The notes beneath the pieces are model-generated. The model was not told the DNA's origin. It saw nothing but the letters and a program-made list of their open reading frames with translations, and did not search any database. A stretch of 57,863 nt of DNA, taken from the IMG/VR virus record IMGVR_UViG_3300036770_002369, positions 1-57,863 of that record. One strand, 5' to 3'. A program made the translations under genes and the position numbers. The first letter of the stretch is position 1; each line of letters starts with the position of its first letter. The DNA comes from a virus (taxonomy: Duplodnaviria; Caudoviricetes). Positions 5,097 to 15,900 of this stretch are shown piece after piece.

Positions 5097-5487
5097 TCCC
5101 TACCTCCATTTTTGTGTAGGTTTGATCTTTTTCGGTTGTCGCCCAAACCGACCCAGGGTTACCCCACCCCACCGAATCGACCGAAAGATGGGCTCTGCCC
5201 GACTTCGTCGGGGCCTCGCCGGTCTTATACCGCTTATGTCTCGTCAGGTCAATCGGGGTCGTGAAGGGGTTTGTATTGGACCCGAACGGGTAGGTGTACT
5301 TGGGGGCTTCGATCTGGGGGATCGGTCCTTAGACCTCAGACAGAGGGTGTTATGGGGTCTTGGACGTCACTCGACATCGAAGGGGGGTCGAGGGGGTCGT
5401 TCTTGCTTGGACTGGGGGAGGGGAGGGAGGGGGTGGTACATCAAGGCCCGAGGAGGGGAGGGCTTTGATGTTTGTGAGGCAAGGTCG

Positions 5488-6255
5488 TTAGGCGGGGACT
5501 CCGGGGGCCTTCCACTTACCCGACATGACCGGACCTTCGGATCCGTCCCATTTGCCTCCGACGATGACGGCAGTTCCGCCGATCTGGGCTTTGCCGGTGA
5601 CGTGGGCATCGCCAGAGACTTTGGCATCGCCAAAGACATGGGCTCTGCCGGAGATGTTCGTATCGCCGTAGACATGGGCTCTGTCATAGACCTCGGCGTA
5701 GACGGAGATATGGGCGTCGCCGTAGACCTTGGCGATTTCATAGACCTTGGCGTTGCCGGAGACCTTGGCTTTGTCATAGACGTGGGCTCCGTCGTAGACC
5801 TTGGCGTCACCGAAGACCTGGGCGTTGCCGAAGACATGCGCTTGCTCAAAGACCTTGGCATCGCCGTAGACCTCGGCATCGCCATAGACCCATGATCTAC
5901 CGTAGACCTGGGCGTTTCCAGAGATTGCGGCGAGTCCGAAGACCTTGGCGAAACCGTAGACCTTAGCGTCGTCAAAGATTACGGCTTTGTCGTAGACATC
6001 GGCGTGGCCGTAGACCTCGGCGTGGCCGTAGACCTCGACTTCGCCGTAGATTTGTACGGTGTCGTAGATCGTGGCGCTGTCGTAGACTTGGGCATCGCCG
6101 TGGGCGTAGGCATCACCGTAAATGTGTTTTCCGTAGACGTTGACTTCCCCTCTAGCCCTACGGCTCAGGGAGGCAAGAATAGCCCTTCTCTCAGGATGCC
6201 CTACGGGAAGGGAGGCAGCTTTACGGATCAGGTGGGAACGAGCGGTTCGGTTCAT
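5488..6255 (-). CDS. Hexapeptide-repeat (V[YF]G[ND]A[KQ]) left-handed beta-helix-type protein with N-terminal leader, paralog A
   Basis: About 30 consecutive 6-aa repeats. RBS AGAGGA. Termini nearly identical to 56864-57649. Confidence 0.85.
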   Translation of the reverse strand: MNRTARSHLIRKAASLPVGHPERRAILASLSRRARGEVNVYGKHIYGDAYAHGDAQVYDSATIYDTVQIYGEVEVYGHAEVYGHADVYDKAVIFDDAKVYGFAKVFGLAAISGNAQVYGRSWVYGDAEVYGDAKVFEQAHVFGNAQVFGDAKVYDGAHVYDKAKVSGNAKVYEIAKVYGDAHISVYAEVYDRAHVYGDTNISGRAHVFGDAKVSGDAHVTGKAQIGGTAVIVGGKWDGSEGPVMSGKWKAPGVPA

Positions 6256-6286
6256 GGTGGATTCGGTCCTCTCGCTTAGGGGAGGG

Positions 6287-6303
6287 CTATCGAAAGCCTA
6301 GCG
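6287..6303 (-). promoter_or_regulatory. Class II (late-type) motif CGCTAG-GCTTTC-GATAG
   Basis: Part of a 44-bp block (6267-6310) that is 43/44 identical to 56222-56265. Confidence 0.7.
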
Positions 6304-6330
6304 GGGGTCAGGGGGCGGTAAGATAGGGGG

Positions 6331-6939
6331 GTGGCGCTTTCACCTCCCGTTCTGTTCTCGGCGCTTCAATCGTCTCGTGGGGTCGGTGTCTTTCCTCTAT
6401 TCGGGGTCAGCTATGATCGACTGGCGTTGGCTTTGAGCGAAGCGGTCGCGACTTGGGCTTTAGGTCAGCCTCAGAACTTGGCTTTGACGGGGGCGGTCGT
6501 GGGGGTCTCAGGTACGGGGGCGGTCAATCCTGTTCTCTCTCGTCTTGTCATCCCCCCTTCTATCCCGGTGATGGTTGGTGCGTTGACGGGAGCGGGGGCG
6601 ACGGGTCCGGCGGCTTCGAGTCTAGGGGCAGCGGTCGCTACAGGCATGGCTTCGGCGTTCACGGCTTCGGGTCAGTTCACGGGTCCGGTCGTCGGGGTGG
6701 GTAACGGGGTCAGCACGGCGAGGGTGACGGTCGCGAATCCGGCGACGTTGGCTGCGGCTTTGTCGGGGGTTCTTGGTCCTCTGTTCGGGGCGGGTCCGGC
6801 GGTGTCGATTTTCGTAGCGGGCCTATCGCAAGGGATATGTGGAGTCCTCCTTTTAGGTACGGGTACGGGTCAGGTCGTAGGCGTCCCTACGGTCCCTCCG
6901 GTTCCGGCCTCGACGGTCGCTATCCACGCGGTGATCTAA
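6331..6939 (+). CDS. Gly/Ala/Val-rich putative virion (baseplate/spike-associated) protein, 202 aa
   Basis: First gene of the + strand structural block, stop abuts the next start. Repeated helix plus TGxV pattern. Function inferred from context only. Confidence 0.65.
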   Translation: MALSPPVLFSALQSSRGVGVFPLFGVSYDRLALALSEAVATWALGQPQNLALTGAVVGVSGTGAVNPVLSRLVIPPSIPVMVGALTGAGATGPAASSLGAAVATGMASAFTASGQFTGPVVGVGNGVSTARVTVANPATLAAALSGVLGPLFGAGPAVSIFVAGLSQGICGVLLLGTGTGQVVGVPTVPPVPASTVAIHAVI

Positions 6940-6940
6940 G

Positions 6941-9900
6941 ATGAGCTTCGATTTTTCGGGTTACGTTCTTCGGTCTGCTCAGGTTGCTCCGTCCAATGCC
7001 CCTACGACGGCGGAAGCCACGACGGGTGTGGTCAGGGACGTCCGTCCAGTCCCAGCGGTGTATACGTTGCAGCCTGGTGGTGGTGCCGGGTCGCCTCCCG
7101 ATTTCGTGGATGCTGCTGCCGACCAGTATCGGGCGGCGGTTTTGGGCGCTCGGGGTACGAGTTCGACGGAATACCTCTTGTGGGCTCAGAACACGTCTCA
7201 GCTAGGTCTTGTCTCCGACCCTTCGTGGTGGGCGAACTTGGCGGACGGACTGGGTTCGATCCCTTCGGGTACGCTCACGGTCACCGATCTTGATCCCCCG
7301 GACCTCGACCCTCCGCTCCCTGCCGGATACGGGTTCTTTTACGATGGGACCGACCGGGTCATCGTCACGGATCGTGGGAACCGCAGTCTCGGGATCATTT
7401 ACCGGCTGGTGGTCGCTCGCGGGGACGTCGAGTACGACGATGACGGTTGGGAGCGGGTCGGCGGGCAGATCGACCCCATCAACGGGAATCGGGAAGGCAG
7501 TCCTCCGTACCTCGTTTTGGACATCGATCCTTCAGATCAAGATCCGGTCTCGGGGGTCGTCCGTCTTACGTCGGCTCAGTTGATTTTGCTCCAGGGCGGT
7601 CTTTCTCAAAGTCGTGGGGACCGGGTCATCGAGGTCGTGTACACGGTAGCTCCGGCTCGTTTCTGGTGGACGCGGAATGACCGTTACGGTCTACGCTTTG
7701 GGTGGAACGGAAAGACTCGAAGGTGGGAGCCTTTCAAGGGTGGAGCCCCTAAGAACTTGGGGCCGCTTCAGTTCGACTCCGCCTATCAGTTGGACCCTCG
7801 GTTCGGAAACCTGCCGATCAACGCTTATCTGCCGGGCGACGCTCTGACTCCGGACTCGTATGCGATGATCCGTCTGGGGACTTCGCCGGGGTCTTCCAGT
7901 CTTCCGGTCGCTGCCGACGGCACATTCACGGGGATCCGGATCAAGGCAGACGCGGATGTCGAGGCGGGCTTTGATTTCTCGACGGACGCTTCGGTCTCGG
8001 GGGTCTTGGGTCAGTCGAACGGTCTTCTGGTCTTCAATCCGGCGTACACCGAGCTTCATGCGGGCAAGACCATCTGGTACGTCTATCAGGATTTCCAGGC
8101 GGACTCGAATGGTGTTCTTGGTCCTTTGAAGAACGCCGACGTGACCCCTCTGTTCCTCGCCCCTATCCCTGGGGCTTTGGATCACCCGTTCGTCCGCATT
8201 GGTTCTCGGCGTCCGTTGACGCCGACTTTGGTCGAGACGGATGCGGCTTTGGAGTCGGCTTCCTCTCCGGGGGAGGGGGAGGTCATCGTCTCTCTTTCGA
8301 CGGGTCGGCTTCGGTTCAGTCCAGGGGACATTGGGAAAGCGGACCCCTCTGGGCCTTTGTTCGATCTCCAGTTCCTTGGGGCGTCGGTCATCTATGACGG
8401 TCTGGCACTCAATGCGGTGCCTCAACCGACTCGGGCTCCGGTTCCTTTGCTGAATTCCTCTGGTGGGGTCGCTTCCGTCGGTCTAGGGAACGCGCTGTTC
8501 ATCCCCAACGCTTCTTATCTTCCGACGACGGCGAGCGGTTCGGACCCGTACCGGGGTCTCGGTCGTTCGGGCATCTTGGACGCTCCCGACGGTACGGGTT
8601 CTCTTCCCGATCAGGTCGGTGTCGAGGCGAGTGTTCGTCCCGGAGGGGACACGGTCGGGGCGACGACCACGGGTCGTATCCGTCAGGTCACGGACGGCAT
8701 GGGGGACGCTTTCCTGTTTTCCCGTGCGGGGGCTTTGCTCCAGATCGTCACCGTGGACAATCCGGACGATCTTCCCTCGTCTTCGGACGTTCCTCGGGGG
8801 GTCGCCTATGTATGCAAGCAGGCGGAAGCCCTTGGGGGTGGTGCGGTCGGGTCGAGGGTTCAGATCAGCCGGGAGGATCGCAAGGCTGCGCGCGACAACC
8901 CTTTGTATTTCCTCCAGTCGGTTTTGACTCCTTCCGCGTACACGACGCAGGCCCGGGTCTATTCCAAGGTCCGCAAGGTCTTTCGGTTCAATGGTTCGGA
9001 GGTCTTGTACTTTGCCATCGACGGGGTGGTGCAATCTTGGGCGTCCGCCATCTTGATTGCTGCCTTCCCGGACTTGGATTTCTTTACGGCAGAGCAGGTC
9101 GCTGCGAGCATCGACTCTGTCCTCACGGTCGGTCAGTCGCGAGCGATCAACGGGAGCGTCCTGCTGGAGTCATTGACCAGCGGGTCGGTCGAGATTGGTT
9201 TTGGGACCGGGGGGTCTCGTGACCTGTCCGGTGCAGCGGCACTTGGTTTTCTCCCGGGCTGGCGGGTGGTCGAGGGTATCGACAACTGGCTACCAGACTC
9301 GGGGGCCAGTTACGGTCTCTATCGGAGTCCGGTCAATCTTGACCGTTCCGGTGCGACCGCTGATTTCAATGACGTGGATCGGCTCTCGGGGGCTGTGCTT
9401 CAGGAGAGCATCTCGCCCAACCCCTTCGTGTTTTTGGACAATGTGCCCCTACAGGATGTTGCGGGCTATGACGACGGGGTCTTTTTCCAGTTCTCGAACG
9501 TGATCGTTGAGGGGGAGACGGTTCAACTGGTGAACCGCCCGTTGAAGAACTACCAGGACGTCCTCTACGGGTTCGGGGATGGCAAGTTCAACTGGCTAGA
9601 GCAGGACATCGCGACCACGACCCTTCAGCAACCTACGTCCACGTTTTCCCTTGGGCGCACCAGCATTGTCCCGGAGTCCATGTTCGGCATCCCTGGCTTG
9701 GCTGGAGGTCTCTATGCTGCCGATCTGGATTCTTCATCCAGCGGCAGTTTTACGCTCCTTGACCCCGACACGCAGTACGTCCTCCCGCTCGCGGGCCAAA
9801 CGGGCGAGGTCATCTTGATTGACCGCTTCGGGGACCGGGCGACCTTTGGTTCCCTTGGCGCTTTTGCTGCCGACACCACGACCTTCACCGATTCGGGTGC

Positions 9901-12900
9901 TTCCTTCACCACGACCGTTCAGCCGGGCTATCGGCTGAAGATCACCTCGGGCGAGGCCCAAGGGTCTTACACGGTCATCAACGTCCTCAGTAACACCCAG
10001 CTTGAGGTCGCGCCTCCGTTCCTGTTTTCCTCGGTTCGATCAACACCTTGGGAGGCTTTCCGGGGATTCACTTCAGCGGTGTATGACCCCGGACTCGTGG
10101 CTGATGTTCTTTACAAGGACTTCAACCACCTCTCCTCGGAGCCCTTTGTCATCCGGGTGCTCACACTTCTCGGTCTCACGCCTCCGAATCCCCCTAGCGG
10201 GCCTCGGCTCCGCATCCCCAGTCTTGCGGCCATCGAAGCGAGCGGTCGGCCTATTCAGATCCGGTTCGGTCTATCCGCCCCTACCGCAGCGAACACGGCT
10301 TCTCTTCTGGCCTTGAGTCAGTCGAACCAGGGGGTGCTCGCCAACTACCTCACGCTCCCGGATACGGCACGTCTCGACTCGGGGGCTTTTAGCGTCCGAC
10401 TCGGGACGACCACGTTCACGGCGACTCCGGTCACGAGCTTCAGTCCCGACCCGGGGGGCGGTACGGGCATCGAATACCTCACCGTCTTGGCGAACACGGA
10501 CGGTCAGCTTCGCCCTCGGGGGACGCTCAAGTTCGGGACGCAGCTTCTCTCGGAGTACGCTTCGGCTCCCGTCTGGTATGTCGAGACGTTCCAAGGGGCG
10601 GCGGCTTTGTCCTCTGGGGTGGTCGAGTATGACCGGGAGACGGGTGATCTGAACTTCTCTCAGGCGGACCTGATCTCCCATGTGGATGAGAAGGTCTACC
10701 TGGTCGAGCAGATGATCACCACGGGTCGCAAGGACGTGGCGATCAACCCGGTCGCGGGTTCGTTCACGTTCAACGAGCCCCTTCAGTCGGGTCAGTCGGT
10801 CGAGGTCGAGTACTACCGGGCGAACGCAGAAGGGCGGCGGTTCGGTGACCTGATCATCGAGTTCCTCCCTGTCTACATCAAGAACGAGGTCGCGATCCAG
10901 CAGGCGTCCCCCGATACCTTCTTGTTCAATCCTGCGAACCGGACGGTCGATCAAGGCTTCGAGCCTGTCGTCTACATCGGCCCGGTGCAGCAGAACTTCG
11001 GGGGTCAACCGGACTACGTTCTCGATTATCCCCCGGACCTCAATGGCCAGGGGCGCCTTCGGTTCTCTCGGGCCATTCCCAGCTACGTTCCGGTCAAGGT
11101 CACCTATGCGGTCTTCGAGGCGGCGGGGGGCGAGACGTCTTATGACACGAGCCAACGCCCTGTGTATCGGCCTCCGTTCTTCATCACGGCGAACCAAAAC
11201 AAGTTCGGGCTACGGGGTGACCGGACTTCGGAGTTCCAGCCGGGCCAGCTTCTCCGCATCGGACGGGAGTGCTTTTACGTCCGGGGTACGCAGTACTTTC
11301 CGCCGACGTTGACGGGCGGAGACGTGACCTCCGTCCTCATCTTCCCTTCGACCACGTTGGAGGTCGGTAGCCGGTCCCCAGGTAACGACACCTTGACCTT
11401 CATCACGGAAGGTCCGGTCACCACGGTCGTCGATCCTGACGGCCCTTCTCCAGTTCCGACGACGGCTGACGCTGGGTTCATGCAGCCCCTTCCGATAGAC
11501 GTCTTTCCGTTTGAGCCGGTCACGCGAGGCCAAAAGAAAATCACCTTCAAGGGCAATCTGATGACCTTCGCGGTCGCGGGTCATCTCCTGGAGGTTGGTG
11601 GGCGTCCGTTCACGATCACGCAGTCGGAGTTGAGCGAAGACGGTAGCCGGACGATCATCACGGTATCGGCCCCGTTCAATGCGGCGGTCACGACGGGATC
11701 GAATCCGACGGTCAAGCTCTCCTACCGACCTGTCTATCCGCCCTCGGTTCGGGATCTGATCGGTGTTGGCCCTGTTCTGGACTCAGAACCTGTCGAGCTA
11801 GTCCTGTTCGGTGAAAAGGACCAAGCAAACCAAGAAAAACCAGGTCGGACGCTCATTCCCGACATCGAGTACCGGCTGGACCCAGACTCGGGTTCGATCA
11901 AGCTCTTGGAGCCTCTCCAAGCACCATTGGCAAGTGACCAGCGGCTTCTCTTGTCTTTCACTCGCAGGCGCGTTGTTCAGCCGTTCCTGAAGAATGGTGT
12001 CCTCGTGGAACCCAGGATCCATGCGGATTTTCGGTACACGACCCTTCCCAGTGCTCAGAACGGGCTTCTGGGGGGTCAGCTTGCGGCCACCTACACGTTC
12101 GCTTCACCGGATAGTTTCTACTTCCGCATGGTGCCCTTGGCGCAGTTCCTCGGGGAAGCGGCGAAGGAGGCCCAGGCGGAGATCAAGGCCAAGCAGCCCG
12201 CAGGCGGAGCGATCAAGCTCGGTACGGCTTCGACGAATAACTGGGATCGGGGGAATGAAGGGCTCTTGGCCCAGCGTCGTGATTTGCTCGACAAAGATCG
12301 GGCGGCGCGGACGTTCCTCGGCTTCTACAATGAGACCGTCCTGACGTTTGAGCAAGTCTTGGAGACGATTTCGGGTCGCCTCATCGGAGATCAGGACGGC
12401 AAGTTCCGCTTCTGGGTCGGCAAGGGCAAAGACTACGCTCCCCCGGGCTACGAAGACGAGATCACGGGGCTCTTGAACCCCCGGCTCCTCTGGAACCAAG
12501 TCTTCAATGAGGCTGCGCCGGATGCGGACATCTGGGTGCTCGAATCCGACTGGCTCGTCAAGCCGTTGACGGCCACCCTCGTGGACAAAGAGGTCGAAGG
12601 TGACTCGCCGGATCCGGATTTCCTCGACCGGCTCGTTGTCCGTCAACTCAAGCTCGTCCAAAACGATGTTGATGACCGGATCCTCATCGCGCGCGGCCCC
12701 GATGAAGCCGGTTGGCTCGCCCCCTACAGATCGAAGGGTGTCTATGCTCGCATGAGCGACCCCCAGCCCTACTCCCGGTTGTTCCCGCAGCGGACCCGGG
12801 CTTTTTTCTTCACCTATCCGGGCATCGGGGCCGATCCAGCAACCGGCGACCCTGGCATCTATACCTGGGGCCGAATGTTTGGCGGAGAAGACTCTTCGAC

Positions 12901-15900
12901 GAACGGAAAGCCCATTGGCCGCTTGAAGAACCCTGTTCTGGGGAACATTGAGAACGTCAACACCGCGACGCTCCTCAACCGATATTCCCGAGCGCGTGTG
13001 TGGGGTTACTTCCCGAACGGGATTCCGGCCAACTCGTTCCCGGGACAGGTCGCCCCTATCGTAGAACCTTGCCTCATCGCGACCCCCGCTTCATTGAGCG
13101 ATTTTCCGCTTGATCCCGAGACGGGCTACCCGGATCCCACAAAACTCCTCTCCCAAGGAGGGTCGGTCATTGATCTCGTGACCGGAAACCCCGACCTTGC
13201 GACCCCACCTTTTGCCGTTGGGCAACAGATCGGATGGGGCAAGCCGGACGGGAAGTCCTATCAGGCAGCGACCAACTCGCTCCTCTCAATCTTCGGGACA
13301 CCCGGCTTGGAGGGGCTCTATGTCCGGGACGTGCAGTACGGGTGCGTCCTGCGCTTCGCTAACTATGGGGGGACGCCCATCAACAGCCCCGACCAAGTGC
13401 TCGTGTCCGTCACTCCCGGGTCCGGTGTGCGTGCGGAGGTGTTCCCCATCGAACAGGGCGACACCATCTACGTCGTCCCACCTGTAGGGGCCTCTAGTTA
13501 CCCTCCCCCCGGCTTCTCAGACCCGCCAACGGCGGAGGAACTCGCGCAACTTGCAGATCGACTCCCCGCATACCGCACCGGATTTGACGTGGAGATCCAG
13601 GCGGACGGTCAGGTGATCGACAACACCTGGCCCTCCTTCTCGGACCCGTTCTTCTTCGGCCTCAAAGAAATCTTCGGGCAGCGTCCGCCGCGACCCCTCT
13701 CACCCCTGGAAGGTGTCGTCCAGTTCAGCTATCTGAAACAGAACCCGCTGAACATTCCGGCCCTACAAGGCTTGGATAGGGATGATGCAGGCGATGAGCG
13801 CATCCCTTACCTCGCGACCGGGAACACCGAGCTAGACCGCTTCGATCAGCTATCCACGGTGTCCTCGGAGGTGATGACCGCCCAGAACGGGGCGCTCACC
13901 CTCTACGTCTATCCAGACGAGATCCCCGCCGACGATGGTTCTACGGTCGTCGCCGTGACCCCCTGGGTCGGAGCCGTGGACCGCGAACCCGCCGCCTTGA
14001 TGACCGATCAGGACGTCGAACCGAACACGGCGGGTCATGCGAGCTTCGGGGAGCCCGGTATTGGGAACGTCGAAGGCTTTGACCTTCTTCTGGTCCAGGT
14101 CGATGACGCCGCCACGAACGTCCCGCTAGGGGCTCAGGGCATCTTGACTGTGGGGGCGGTCGAGACCCGGAACCTCGGCGGCACGTCTTACGGGAGCCTC
14201 GTTGAACCTCCTCGGTTCATCACGCAGACGACGCCTCCCGCTGGACCCGGAAACTCGACGGGCTCGCCCGTCCGGTATTTCTTTGGGAACGCTCAGGCGT
14301 TCACCAATCCCCCGTATCCGGTAGATCCTCAGATCAGCCCTCCCGACGGCATTTACATCGTCGAGGATACGGCAGCAGGGCTCACGATTCTCGACCTGTC
14401 CTCGGTGACGGTCACGCTCAACAACGGCCTTGCGGTCGGTACGGGAAACCTGAACGACATCTGGGCCGCATCCGCGAACAACATCATCACCCTTCGGCTC
14501 TACGCTCGCCAGGATCCGAACCGGGCTCCCGGCTTTGATCCCGCAGCCGGGACCGTCTTGCTCACCCTGGTCATCGAGGGCTTGAACCTCGCCGTGACGG
14601 ACTACCTGGGGGTGACGAACAACTTCGTGTTGACCGGGCCTCCGGTCTTCGGGACGCATCAAGTACCCTTCGCCCCTGTCGATCAGAACCGGCAGATCCA
14701 CTTGCCGATCCTCGGGGCCATTCCTTTCGTCGGGCCTACGCCCACGAGCGGCCCTATCCCGTACTCGGTGGTCGATCCGGGCGGGCCAAACCAGATCATC
14801 AGTTCGCTCTACGGGTTCGAGTATTCGCTGTCCCTGGATACTTGGTCGTCCTCCGGCCAGTCGGACACCGCGTACATCGCGGAGGACCGGCTGACCTTTG
14901 CGGAGGTCATTGACTTCCGACTTGCCAAGGTCCGGGGCTATACGCACCCGGCGAACCCCCTGACAGACCTACAGGCGAACCTCGTGGTGTTCGAGGTGAC
15001 CATCGGAGGTCAGTTCTCAGCCATCAATGCAGTCGCCAACGGAGTCGGATTCTTTCCGTCCCCCTTCACGTTCCTTCATCGGTCCAACGCCGCGAGCGTG
15101 GACGACGTGGGCGGGACGTGGACGAACGCAGTAGCCCTGGCCTCCTCGGAGATCGGGACGATCCGGGTTCCCGCCTTCGAGGGCTGGTTCAACACCCCTA
15201 TTGAGATCGGCGGTTCGCCCCTCTCGGACGTGGTGTTCTCGGCGGTCCCTTCCTGCCCCGACGTGAAGAACGGTTCGACCATCTGTCTGGGAACGGGGAC
15301 GACCGAAAGCGCGTACTCGGGGCTTCCGGATGCCGTACAGCGGGACAATCGTATCAGGGACGTATCCGTAGTATCGGGAGACTTGGGGCTCATTGAGAAG
15401 GGAGACCTTCTCATCATCGATCAGGCCGATCATCCAACAGACCGGGCGACGACCAAGGCAGGGACGTACTTGGTCCGCTATGCCGTAGAAGCGGATCCCG
15501 GGCAGCAATACGGTCAAGCTACGGCAGACGCAAGTGCGGCGTACTCGGGTTGGACCCCCACGGTTTTTCCTTCGGTCATCTCCTACAATAGCGGGACCGG
15601 AGTTCTCACCGTGGATGGCCAATGGGGGCTCTTTGGCTGGGGCTCGCGCGCCTATGTCGTCTCGTCCATGAGCAAGCTCTCCTCGACGAACGTGATGACC
15701 TACCGGGAGGGGTTGATCAGCGCCAACATTCTTGGTGTGGTTCCCGTCGGTGGTGTCTATCAGGTCACCCTCGACACGACGACCCTGACCTATGCCAATG
15801 GCGACTCCCTGACGGCGGTCCAGGCAACACCGTTCATCCAGCCTGGGATGCTCGTCTCGGGCATGACTTCGCTTCCGATCACGGTTCGAGGAGGCAATTT

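Noticed and set aside
5122-5975. ORFs 5122-5895(+) and 5367-5975(-), and equivalents 56507-57397(-) and 57198-57833(+)
   Set aside because: Off-frame and antisense shadows of the 18-bp hexapeptide repeats, with no RBS or independent signal.
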